Positions 9,290 to 18,960 of a DNA stretch of 64,000 bases are shown in pieces (the stretch's first letter is position 1; every line of letters starts with the position of its first letter). The DNA lies in assembly GCA_965214775.1 (NCBI GenBank), contig OZ243974.1, positions 1,888,001-1,952,000 of the forward strand, read 5' to 3'. The position numbers were made by a program, and so were the translations under genes. Under the pieces are notes generated by a model that was not told where the DNA came from, did not search any database, and saw only the letters and a program-made list of their open reading frames with translations. Source of the DNA: Nitrosopumilus sp. Its GTDB lineage: Archaea; Thermoproteota; Nitrososphaeria; Nitrososphaerales; Nitrosopumilaceae.

Positions 9290-11479
9290 TGTGTTATGTG
9301 GAAATAATGTCCGCTATTCATTGATGTCCCTCTCCATCCATTTTGGGTCAGATTTCCTGATCGCTTCTGTGGCCGTTTTGTCCGAGAATGCCATGATGGG
9401 CGTCTGGCGGCGGGCTATGTCCAGTCCAAAGTGCAGCCTGCGCTCGTTGTAATACTTGATGTATGCATCCAAGCTCTCATAGTGGCGGATCTCAGCCTCT
9501 ATGCTGCCGTGGAACCGTTCCAACTTGCCGTTGGTCTCCGGATGGTACGGCCTGGAGTTTATCAGCCCGATGCCCCGATCCAGCAGCTCGGCCTCAAAGG
9601 CAGTCGGCGTCCACGTCCCGCGTGGCATGTTCTTCTTGCTGCGGCCGCCGTTGAAGCACCTGCCGTTGTCAGACAGTATGGTGGCCGGCTTGCCAAACCT
9701 GCCTATGGCCTCCCTGAGTGTTATCACCACGTTTTCTGATGTGGCATCTGCAAACGTCCGTGCCGCCGTGACACACCGGGAGGAATCGTCCAAAAACGTG
9801 ACTAATTTGAGCCCTCTCAGGCGTGGATCCTTCATTTCGTGCCAGTCCACGTGTCACATTGCGTTGGAGTACTTGCGCTCATAGCGCAGCCATTTCTTTT
9901 GGCCCGACTTGGTATCTGATGCGGCAACGAGTCCCTGCTCCTTCATTATCCGATATACGCTGTTGTAGCTTATAATGTGACCTGCATCCTGCAGGCGCAT
10001 GGCAGTGCGTAGTATCTACGTCAGCCATTTGTTCATCTTTACCACCTTTATCTCGCCCCTGCGCGTCATACTGCGCAGTGATCTCTGCATCTCCTTGACG
10101 GTCTTGTAAAGGCAGTTTGAAGTCGCCTTTTTGAACCCGCGCCACTGCCCCTCCGAGTTGTTAAGCTCCGGCGCGTACGGCGGCAGGTACTTTAGCACCA
10201 CGTCTCCGTTCCACTTGGCCATCTTTCTATTGAGTTCTGCTGACTTGTGGTACGATGCGTTGTCGACAAACAACAACACCTTGCCGTACTTGCGGCGCAG
10301 TGTCCTGAGAAACTTGTAGAATGTTCCCGTGTTGGCCTTTTCGTAAAAGCGATAGTCAAACCTGTTTCTTGAGAGGGCCCCTATGACATAGAACCGCTTC
10401 CTAGACAGGCTGACGGGCGTATAGACCGGCTCTCCTACGGGGTACCAGCTGTTCTTGACGTTCCATCCCAGTATGAACATGGACTCGTCGCCTATCATTA
10501 CCGTGTACCCCTTTTTTGAATAGTACTTTGCGCTCTGCCTAGCTTTTTTTTTGAACTCCTTTTTCTCGGATTCTGAGGCTGATTTTGGGTGTTTTGGCCT
10601 GGGCTTTCTGCATGAGAAGCCGATTCTGTGCAGCAGGTCGTACATGCTCGTTTCTGCATACGTGATGCCGAACTTCTTTTTGACGTGGGCAATGACCAGT
10701 GGCCCTGTCCATGTTGTGGCCTTAAAGCCGCAGTTGTCCGGGCCCTTGATCAGGTCTGCGCGCAGCCGTTCAAGCTGTTTCTTGTCGAGCCTGCACGGGG
10801 CGCCATGCTTTATGTCAAACCTGCCCTCCAGACCATGCTTGTGCGCACGCACCAGCCAGTATCGTACGGTTCCATACGGCCTGCTCAGCTTCTCGGCAAT
10901 ATCATATATGCTCGCGCCGCACTTTCTCATGTGGTATGCAAGGAGCCGGATTGCCGCCTTGGCGTCCTTCTCGGACTTGTGCATCCTAAAAAGCTCGTCC
11001 TTGCTTGCTATCCCGTACAGGAACGCTGTTCCCGTCGGTAATTCCTTCTTTCCTTTCATGTGTATATATGGGACTAATAGCTCTTAGATCCTTTGGTTGA
11101 AAAAAATTGTCCTTTTTGTGATCAATTGGTAGCCGAGGATACTACGCATCACGCCCACGTGCTCTATACAGTGCATGTCCAAGACTGCCTGCACCTGGCC
11201 TGCCGCGGGCTGCGGTGCGGCCTTTCTTCCAGCCTTTTGTTGCACATGCATCTTTCCGGTCCGGCGGTACCTGGCGTAAATCCTCCTCACGTGCCGTGGC
11301 GTCACCTTCATGTCACGGGTCAGCGACGTGGCGCTCTTTCCGGCATTACGTCCCTTGACGATATACCTGATCTCTTTGTCCGACATCTTTCTTGTCATGT
11401 CTTTATCTGATCGGTACAGCCTGAAATAGTCAGCGATCGTACGCCTTATCTTAGGCGGACCTAATTTCTGTATAAGACA
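9290..11479 (-). mobile_element. IS481-family element interrupted by IS630
   Basis: nearly identical to 6521-7573 on both sides of 10010-11144; same IRs; no TSD. Confidence 0.92.
10010..11144 (-). mobile_element. IS630-family element (transposase 10016-11059)
   Basis: HTH plus GDES, DNASYH, PELNNSE; ~26-bp imperfect IR starting TAGTATC; flanked by CG on both sides. Confidence 0.93.
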
Positions 11480-11505
11480 ACTACAGGACTCTCTTAAAAA
11501 ACGCA

Positions 11506-11637
11506 ATGAAAAATCCGGGAATTCGCGAGGTGGAAAAGTTGTATGAAGACTATCGTGGAATCTCACAGCAAGCTGATATGATAAACTCCAAAACACATCC
11601 AGAATATCACATAATAACATCCGATTCCTCCTCCTAA
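11506..11637 (+). CDS. small hypothetical protein upstream of the Clp-like protease (possibly 5'-truncated)
   Basis: MKNPGIREVEKLYEDY...; stop codon is 1 nt before the protease ATG. Confidence 0.4.
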   Translation: MKNPGIREVEKLYEDYRGISQQADMINSKTHPEYHIITSDSSS

Positions 11638-11638
11638 C

Positions 11639-12586
11639 ATGCCGACTTGGGGAGAGCTGCTAGCCGAACTAAACCAGTTAAAAACGGCCGATTCGGGAGC
11701 CGCTTTTGACGTCTTGAGAAGAAAGTACCTAGCGCGGCTATACGCAAAAACTGGAAGAAACGTAATTCTATACGCCTCTGCCTGGACACAGACTGGGAAA
11801 AACGTAGATCCCGGATTGCTAAGCATAACCGAGGAGGATCTGCAGGGCCTGATGGAGGTAGTTCACGGGCTGCAAGGAACCTCATTAGATCTGATAATAC
11901 ACAGTCCTAGCGGCTCGCCGACGGCAACAGAGGCTCTAGTCACGTATCTTAGGACAAAATTCGACGACATACGCGTAATCATTCCACATGCGGCAATGTC
12001 TGCGGCAACAATGCTGGCATGTTCAGCCAATCGAATAATGATGGGAAGGCATTCCTTCATAGGGCCCATTGATCCGCAGATAATTCTCAATACAAAGCTG
12101 GGGACGATGTCGGTGCCGGCACAGGCGATTATTGATCAATTCAAAATGGCCCAAAAAGAATGCAGATCCCATGACAAGCTGCCGTCCTGGCTTCCGATAC
12201 TTGAGCAGTACGGACCCGCACTGATAACACAGTGTGATAATGCGATAAGATTGTCCGAGGAGCTTGTTTCTGAATGGCTGGCAAAGTACATGCTGGCCGG
12301 TAAAAGAGATCGAAGAAAGCTATCCAGGCAGGTTGCCAGATATCTATCCGATCACAGGGGATTCAAGGCCCACTCCCGTCATATTGACAGGGCCGAGGCC
12401 GGCAGGCAAGGCCTGGTAATTGAAAATCTTGAGGATGACCAAGGCATTCAGGATTCGGTCCTGTCGGTCTATCACGCCACGACCCTTACGCTATCGGCCA
12501 CGAGTGCGGTAAAAATCCTGGAAAACCAGCTCGGAAAGGCATACATCAAGCAGGTTCAGCAGGCAGTGATCCGGCGGCCTTCCTAA
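11639..12586 (+). CDS. SDH-family ClpP/S49-like serine protease
   Basis: LDLIIHSPSG, AMSAATML, GPIDPQ, H(S)RHI motifs. Confidence 0.85.
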   Translation: MPTWGELLAELNQLKTADSGAAFDVLRRKYLARLYAKTGRNVILYASAWTQTGKNVDPGLLSITEEDLQGLMEVVHGLQGTSLDLIIHSPSGSPTATEALVTYLRTKFDDIRVIIPHAAMSAATMLACSANRIMMGRHSFIGPIDPQIILNTKLGTMSVPAQAIIDQFKMAQKECRSHDKLPSWLPILEQYGPALITQCDNAIRLSEELVSEWLAKYMLAGKRDRRKLSRQVARYLSDHRGFKAHSRHIDRAEAGRQGLVIENLEDDQGIQDSVLSVYHATTLTLSATSAVKILENQLGKAYIKQVQQAVIRRPS

Positions 12587-12927
12587 GGCATAGTGCTTAT
12601 AATTGAAAACCAATCAGCTTTGTGTCAAAATATGCGCGATATGCCAAAAATATGATCGGTTATTTGGCACAGACATCACACCCTTGAATTGCCTGCAAGT
12701 ACGTCCCCCGATCCTGCACAAAATGCCTTACACAACCCAACATTAGACCGGGCCCTCATGCAGATGTGACCCTCATGTCCGTAGCATGCACATCAAAAAT
12801 TGGAACATGATTTTAACATGCCGTGCACATTTCGACAAAAGGCTGTTCGATTTTCAATCGTACGCAGTACGGCCGGCGGCAAGGCCGGATCCACTGTGAT
12901 GAATGCTCCACGCCAGGCTCTTTCGGG

Positions 12928-13036
12928 CTTTAAAGCAGCGCGGTTTTTTACGTCATGTCCGAGCTGAAAACGGGGGGATGGGAAAAGCCCTTTCAATCTT
13001 CTTTAAAGCAGCGCGGTTTTTTACGTCATGTCCGAG
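12928..13036. repeat. 36-bp exact direct repeat pair with 37-bp spacer (CRISPR-like unit)
   Basis: CTTTAAAGCAGCGCGGTTTTTTACGTCATGTCCGAG at 12928-12963 and 13001-13036. Confidence 0.9.
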
Positions 13037-13129
13037 GTAAGGGGACTTGCAGGAGCTGGCAGTCGAGATGGTGCGGGAGATCAGGTGATTTGCAATTTCA
13101 GGCACAAGTTCCGTCTGAACGGCCCTTTT

Positions 13130-13174
13130 TGATGGCAAGATTCACGCCTGAACTTCCCGAGCCCGACCTGTTAC
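13130..13174 (-). mobile_element. isolated left end of the 3182-type IS66
   Basis: reverse complement matches 3182-3221. Confidence 0.8.
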
Positions 13175-14340
13175 CCGGGGAATCCGTTTTTTCACTCTGG
13201 GCATCTGCCTCCCGGATTATGTGGGCCCAGCACCGCTGCCTGTTCCTGCCAAAGAACTTTTCATATGCGGGGTATCCGTCAGTCACCCCGATTCTGGGCA
13301 CGTATGAAAAGTGCTCGTCCAGTACGGATGCCTTCCTGCTGTCAGTTGCCACCATGTGCGCGCCGACGGCATTGCCGTCCTTGACACCTACTGCCACCCA
13401 CATGTAGCCGCTCTTGCCGTTGCATGGCATCCTCGTCTCGTCCATGTGGACGTGGTCGCACCCTGCAATGTCTTTTTTGATGTCCTCCACGCACGGATCA
13501 AGCATCCTTGAGCCTGCCACAAGGCAGTTCTGTATTGTTCCCTTGCTGAGAGCCAGCCCGAAGACCTCCCTTACGATGCGCTTGATCGAGTCAATGGAGG
13601 CAGGCATGGCGTGCAGGGTCATGATGTATGATGTAATGTTGGGTCCCAGCTCGGTACCTGGGACAATCTCTCCTCCGCCGTTTGTCTTGGTGATGGCGCC
13701 GCACCTGCGGCACTTGCGGCCAAAGAAAAAGTGCTGTGTCGTGACAGGCCCTGGGATACTTGGAATGTCAGTCCCCATCTTGGTTCCAATGGGAAAGGGA
13801 TCCTCCAGGTGGTTGTACCCGCCGCACCCACCGCACATGTCAGGTATGTGCATCTTGGACTGGGTCGGACGTCTCTTGTGTGATACGCCCTTGTGTCCCG
13901 GCCTGCGTCCCGGCTTTCCAGGCGCCTTGCCTGATGCCTTTACCGCAGCAGTCTTTCTGCCTGGTCGGAATCATGTTCTGCGAGGACGGGGTGTGCGGGT
14001 TTTCGTAGTATGCGATGTGCTATTTGAGCTGCTGGTTTTCTGCCGTCAGCATCGTCTTTTCTGCCGTGACCTCGGCCAGCTGTTCGGTAAGCCCGACTAT
14101 TGTCAGATCTTTGTCTGCGATGGTTCTATCTTTGTCTGCGATGGTTCTATCTTTGTCTGCGATGGTTCTATCCTTCCTGCCTAATTCGGCTATGGTGCGG
14201 GCCAGCTCGTCGCGCAGTATCTTGGTCTCTGAATCAGGCAATGAATACAGGTGTGGTCTAGACGCATATTGATCCAGATGATGATCAAAAATTGGCCTTG
14301 TGCTCAATCTAAATTATGCGGAAGAGGGGTAAACTCTTAC
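13175..14340 (-). pseudogene. IS66-family element, frameshifted and 3'-truncated
   Basis: IR GTAAGAGTTTACCCCTC at 14340; KDRTIAD repeats, PGHKG, MDET, TDGY, QRCWAH spread over different frames. Confidence 0.85.
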
Positions 14341-14415
14341 ACCGACAAGGAAGAAAACCGGCATCGTAATAATTCTCCATAGTTTTATATTATGCCCCAA
14401 GAAAATCTCGATACA

Positions 14416-14745
14416 ATGGAATATGTTTATGCTGCTTTGCTTCTTCACAAGCTAGAAAAAGAGGTTAACGAGGAAAACATCAGCTCAGTTGTCAAAGCAT
14501 CTGGTGCTGAAGTCAATGAAGCCCAAGTCAAAGCACTGGTAGCAGCCCTGGCAGATGTCGACATAGATGAGGCAGTTAAAGCCGCACCTGTAGCAGTTGC
14601 AGCAGCAGCAGCCGCGCCCGCAGCACAAGGTGGAGATGCAGCAGCAGCATCTGATGATGGTGGCAAAGCAAAGGCTGAAGAAAAGAAAGAAGAACCTAAA
14701 AGCGAAGAAGCAGCCATGGAAGGATTGTCCTCGCTATTTGGCTAG
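14416..14745 (+). CDS. rpl12: 50S ribosomal protein P1/L12
   Basis: [11 protein letters not shown] ... GLSSLFG. Confidence 0.97.
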   Translation: MEYVYAALLLHKLEKEVNEENISSVVKASGAEVNEAQVKALVAALADVDIDEAVKAAPVAVAAAAAAPAAQGGDAAAASDDGGKAKAEEKKEEPKSEEAAMEGLSSLFG

Positions 14746-14825
14746 ACGGCTTTCTTTTTTACAAACTGCTTTTGAGTCTTATTTTTCATCAATTCTTAAT
14801 TACCAATAACCTGTGTTTGAATTGA

Positions 14826-15464
14826 ATGGCAGATTTTTCATTTCCAATTTACGGTTTTATCAGCGTTCTGGATTATCTTGGAACGATTGCATTTGCCATT
14901 ACAGGGGCCTCAAAAGCAATCTCACACAAAGCTGACATTTTTGGAATTGTTGTTTTAGCTACTCTTGTCGGTGTTGCAGGAGGAATAATGCGCGATGTGA
15001 TATTTGGCAGATTTCCTACGGCTTTCTCTGATCCAACCTACATAAGTTTGACAGTTGCAGCCGGAATTGCCACATTCTTTCTGTATTCAAAATTAAAAAA
15101 TCAAATGAATACATGGCTGGTTTTTGACGCTATAGGCCTGGGCGTGTTCTCAATTATTGGCGCGTCAATTGCCTACCAGATTGTAGGCTTTAGTTTCCTT
15201 CCAATGCTGTTTGCAGGGGTTTTGACTGCTGTTGGCGGTGGAATCTTAAGGGATGTCTCTGTTAGGGAAATTCCAATTGTCTTTGTAAAGGAAGTATATG
15301 CAGTTGCCAGTGTCGTGGGGATCACAATCTTCTATGTGGCGTTGTCTTTTGGAGTTGGGATTCAGGCAGCGTCCGTAATTGGGATTGTTTTGGCAACGGG
15401 AATCCGATTACTTGCAATGAAGTACAAGTGGAATCTTCCCAAAGCCAAAGGCACTGCTGATTAG
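14826..15464 (+). CDS. TRIC cation channel family protein (UPF0126)
   Basis: FAITGA, GGIMRD and GGGILRD repeats. Confidence 0.9.
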   Translation: MADFSFPIYGFISVLDYLGTIAFAITGASKAISHKADIFGIVVLATLVGVAGGIMRDVIFGRFPTAFSDPTYISLTVAAGIATFFLYSKLKNQMNTWLVFDAIGLGVFSIIGASIAYQIVGFSFLPMLFAGVLTAVGGGILRDVSVREIPIVFVKEVYAVASVVGITIFYVALSFGVGIQAASVIGIVLATGIRLLAMKYKWNLPKAKGTAD

Positions 15465-16363
15465 GCTGGCGTGTAATCTTTTGCCTGACCTGCCAAAGAT
15501 CTTGCTTGGGCATCTGCTTTTTGTAAAATCTGTTCTCTGGTCTCATGGGTCATAAATCCTGATTCCACAGACAGCGAACGAGCATATTGTGATGCCTTTG
15601 ATAGAATTTGTGAAATATTTTCAGGTGTAACATATGCTGCTTCAATAGACAGTGAAACTGCTTCCTGGTGAGCCTGTACGAATTCGCCTCTGATTTTATC
15701 CACATCGATGACCATTTCGTCTGATGTATACTTCAAACCGTCTTCTAGTGCAGCAAATAATGAAATCCCTGCTTCTACCGGTTTGATGTCCAACTTGCCT
15801 AAAATCGATGCTAATTTTTCGTTAATCACTTCTCCCTTTTTGACTGGCGTACTGTCTTTTGCGATCCAGATGGTTCCTTGATCAATCTTTGTGGGGATTC
15901 CGGCCTCTTTGAATTCAGTAAGCATTGGCCCTGGCGCAATCCCCGTGTTCTTTTCAGGAACAAGAACATCGGTGCTTGCAATATCTCCGCCTCTTGCATT
16001 CATCATGATCTTGTTTTTTGCAAGCAAGACGTTTAGCTTGAACGGTGACATGTTAGTGAACATAAACATACATTGGCCAGTAAGATCTTCTGACAGTTCC
16101 TTGATTCCGGGAACACCTGATGATTCGGGAGCGTCTAATGATTCAGGAGCAACCAATGATTCAAGAGCCTTCTTTGCAATTTTGTCTTTGATACTTACAA
16201 ATTCAACGTCACCTTTGAGAATCTTTCTTAATGGCAAAATTTGTGTGGAACGGACCTTTTCCATCTTGATGAGGGAAATCACTTTGTATTTTTTTGGAAG
16301 CTCTTGCAGCTGTTGATACATCTGGGCCTTTCTTTTAGGGTATGTGGTTCTATTTTCACGCAA
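15461..16363 (-). CDS. rpl10: 50S ribosomal protein L10 (P0)
   Basis: ARGGDIA, TGIAPGP, LGKLDIKP. Confidence 0.95.
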   Translation of the reverse strand: MRENRTTYPKRKAQMYQQLQELPKKYKVISLIKMEKVRSTQILPLRKILKGDVEFVSIKDKIAKKALESLVAPESLDAPESSGVPGIKELSEDLTGQCMFMFTNMSPFKLNVLLAKNKIMMNARGGDIASTDVLVPEKNTGIAPGPMLTEFKEAGIPTKIDQGTIWIAKDSTPVKKGEVINEKLASILGKLDIKPVEAGISLFAALEDGLKYTSDEMVIDVDKIRGEFVQAHQEAVSLSIEAAYVTPENISQILSKASQYARSLSVESGFMTHETREQILQKADAQARSLAGQAKDYTPA

Positions 16364-17018
16364 ATTTCTTCTTAACCTCTTGTACCTGTTTTACCGGTCT
16401 GCCCATTGTTGTTTTAATCATGACTCTCTTGATGTTTTTCTCACCGTTTGGCAGTTTCTTTTCAACTGCACTCAGGACTGCATGTGCATTGACTGCCAAA
16501 TCCGCATCTTCCATTGTCTGATCCCCGATTTTGCATGACATTGACAGTGATGCTCTTGTCCTGACCTTGATTGATGATCTGAATCTTTGCAAAAACGATT
16601 CAATGGGGGCGTTAAATGGAACCGGAGTCGGCATTTTTCCTCTTGGTCCTAACAGTTGACCTAGTGTTTTGCCAACTAACGGCATTACCTGCGTGTCTGC
16701 CAAAAAGAAATCATATCTGTTGATGAATTTTCTTGACTCCCTCTTGTTGGCTGCAAATTTTTCTAATTCTTCTGTACCTACAACTGCATCGGCGTTTGCT
16801 TGTTTTGCTTTTTGCCCCATGTCTCCTGTTGCCATGACGCATACTGTTGCAGGCGAACTGGTCTTTGGGAGCTGTACGACCTCGTTTAGGGCGAATCCTT
16901 TCTTGACGTCGATATCTTTGAAGTTCATAATCAGCTCTATTGACTGCTTGAATTTTCTCTCTTTTGCAGCGGATTTGGCCTCTTTTGCCATCTGAGCTAG
17001 CTGAGCCTCCGTAATCAT
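16356..17018 (-). CDS. rpl1: 50S ribosomal protein L1
   Basis: RKFKQSIEL, LGPRGKMP, KTTMG. Confidence 0.97.
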   Translation of the reverse strand: MITEAQLAQMAKEAKSAAKERKFKQSIELIMNFKDIDVKKGFALNEVVQLPKTSSPATVCVMATGDMGQKAKQANADAVVGTEELEKFAANKRESRKFINRYDFFLADTQVMPLVGKTLGQLLGPRGKMPTPVPFNAPIESFLQRFRSSIKVRTRASLSMSCKIGDQTMEDADLAVNAHAVLSAVEKKLPNGEKNIKRVMIKTTMGRPVKQVQEVKKKFA

Positions 17019-17077
17019 TACGAACATTTTCGAGAGAGCCTACTTAAAATCGTTTTACTTGTCCCAGTCGACAGCAT

Positions 17078-17168
17078 GCAAGAGTTTACCCCTCAGTCGA
17101 CACTACTGGCCGGAGTCTTCATGATCACGCCTGCCACACCGTATCTCAGGTGAGGGGTAAACTCGTAC
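17078..17168. mobile_element. IS66-type MITE
   Basis: IR GCAAGAGTTTACCCCTCA / TGAGGGGTAAACTCGTAC, same family as the 14340 end; GACAGCAT on both flanks. Confidence 0.75.
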
Positions 17169-17278
17169 TGACAGCATACATCAAGTACTATAACGAGTGT
17201 AGGCTGCACTTTGGGCCGGACACAGCCCGCCGCCGGACGCTCACCATGGCATTCTCGGACAAGACGGCCACAGAAGCG
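17169..17278 (+). pseudogene. IS481 transposase 3' fragment
   Basis: AYIKYYNE.RLHFG..AFSDKTATEA. Confidence 0.8.
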
Positions 17279-17302
17279 GGGTGTGACTTTAACTCTAGGC
17301 AG

Positions 17303-17437
17303 AGAGGTGATCCGAAATTAAAAGCCGTACGAATTTTTCAAGTAATTTCACAGATAACCTGTATTTTGTTGATGTTTTGAGCTGTCTTGTGCAAATTCAT
17401 TCACAAATAATCAGTCTGCTAATTTCGAATCAACTCT
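17303..17437. mobile_element. IS5(ISL2)-type MITE
   Basis: IR AGAG.TGAT.CGAAATTA; 3-bp TSD CAG; inserted inside an IS66-type terminal repeat. Confidence 0.8.
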
Positions 17438-17539
17438 CAGGGGCTAACCTATTATCTATGTGTCACGTTTATAAGGATTCCACGCGCAACGGTGTTGTGA
17501 GGCATGGCTTTGGCTGGGGGTCTCTTCCTGACAATTCCA

Positions 17540-17690
17540 AAATGAAGGTCGGACACTTATCTATACGAGGATCTCCCTCAGCACCATTCTTCATCCATTT
17601 ATCAGAACCATTCTGCAGTTACAAAACGAGGATCGCCCTCAACTAGGTTAACGCAGATTAAAGTTCTAACTGTAATGGTAATACCAACAT
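17540..17690 (-). ncRNA. putative bridge RNA/seekRNA (boundaries approximate)
   Basis: two similar internal-loop hairpins (GAGG-N5-CCTC) whose flanking segments match the target and the donor junction. Confidence 0.72.
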
Positions 17691-18821
17691 TCATTTCACA
17701 CACGCATCTCCTATGCACTGCTTGAAGGTCATCCTCTTCTTTAGCATCCAGTATGATATGCGCAGCATCTTGGATGCGGCAGCCACTGCGGCCTTGGACA
17801 TTCCCCTCTTCTTTGCAACCCTCTTGTAAAAGACAGATATCGGCGAGTCTGACGGCGCATGTCTTACGTGGCTGTGTACTGACTCCACCAGGAGCCACCT
17901 CATCATGGGGCTGCCCCTCTTTGTTATCCTTCCATGGTGGACGGTGTCTGCCGAGTTTCTCACAGACGGCACCATTCCGGCATACGCGCACAGCTTGTGT
18001 GAGTCGGCAAACCTGTCAACGCCGTCTATCTCTGATGCCATGGTCAGCGCGGTGTAGCTGCCAAACCCGGGAATCGTCTGCAGTAAGACTGCATCCGGAC
18101 TGTCGGCAACCGCGCTCTTGATGCGCATGTCAATGCCTACTATCCTGTCGTTTATGGAGTCAATTATGCTTAATTTGTCATTTATCCTAAAGTTGTCCAG
18201 ATCTCTCACCCTTGAGATCCACGGTCTGGAGAACGGATCCCCATTTACCTGTATCCTGTTTTGCAGCAGTATTGCGTGTATCTGGTTCTTTAGTACGGTC
18301 CTTGACTGTATCGTCTTTGCGCGGTGCCTGGTCAGCTGCCTGTTCTGTACAGTCTTGCCGGAGGGAACGTAGCATGCAGATATGTATCCTCCCCTGAGAA
18401 GATCTGCCAGAATCTGCGCGTCGACCTTGTCTGTCTTTTTCTTTGATGTGGCAATAACCTTGGTCTCAAACGGGTTTGAGAGGATCACGTCCCTTTTGAG
18501 ACTGTCTGAAATGAACCTGAACAGCCCGTACCATACTGAAGAGGACTCCATGACGCACTTTGCATTCTTTGGAATCCCTGCAAATATCTTCCTTATCTCG
18601 TCGTCCTTGTTGTCGACTCTTGTGTTACTCAGCATCTTGCCGCCCTTGTCCATCACCGCGACCTGGATGAAATTCTTGCGCACGTCCAGGCCGACATACT
18701 GCTGCTGTTGTTGTTGTATTTGTACAGTCTTTGATTTCACATGTATCCTCTTTTTTGCGGTAATCTGTTTGTTTGCATTGCCATTTATCTTGGCACCATC
18801 TGAATTTTGTTTTTGAGACAC
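17691..18821 (-). CDS. IS110-family DEDD recombinase/transposase
   Basis: YVGLDV, VMES, KTDKVDA, TIPGFG, AYAGMVPSVRNSA, ITKRG, VAAASK. Confidence 0.95.
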   Translation of the reverse strand: MSQKQNSDGAKINGNANKQITAKKRIHVKSKTVQIQQQQQQYVGLDVRKNFIQVAVMDKGGKMLSNTRVDNKDDEIRKIFAGIPKNAKCVMESSSVWYGLFRFISDSLKRDVILSNPFETKVIATSKKKTDKVDAQILADLLRGGYISACYVPSGKTVQNRQLTRHRAKTIQSRTVLKNQIHAILLQNRIQVNGDPFSRPWISRVRDLDNFRINDKLSIIDSINDRIVGIDMRIKSAVADSPDAVLLQTIPGFGSYTALTMASEIDGVDRFADSHKLCAYAGMVPSVRNSADTVHHGRITKRGSPMMRWLLVESVHSHVRHAPSDSPISVFYKRVAKKRGMSKAAVAAASKMLRISYWMLKKRMTFKQCIGDACVK

Positions 18822-18960
18822 ATATGGTTACATTGAAAGACCTTGATCATCAAAAAGCGCATTCCTGCGTAGTTCATACCCATATGCGCTCGGACTTTTG
18901 ATCGTCACTATAACTGGCGTCATAGAATCATTAATTTAGTATCTTTATTCACAGAATGCT

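Larger units (their letters stand above)
17452..18830 (-). mobile_element. IS110-family (IS1111-type) element, complete
   Basis: TAA core at both ends; subterminal IR TATGTGTC/GACACATA; very short left end; ~235-nt non-coding right end. Confidence 0.88.

Noticed and set aside
10543-10555. Programmed frameshift at the IS630 A-run
   Set aside because: The ORF is already in frame through the run in this copy
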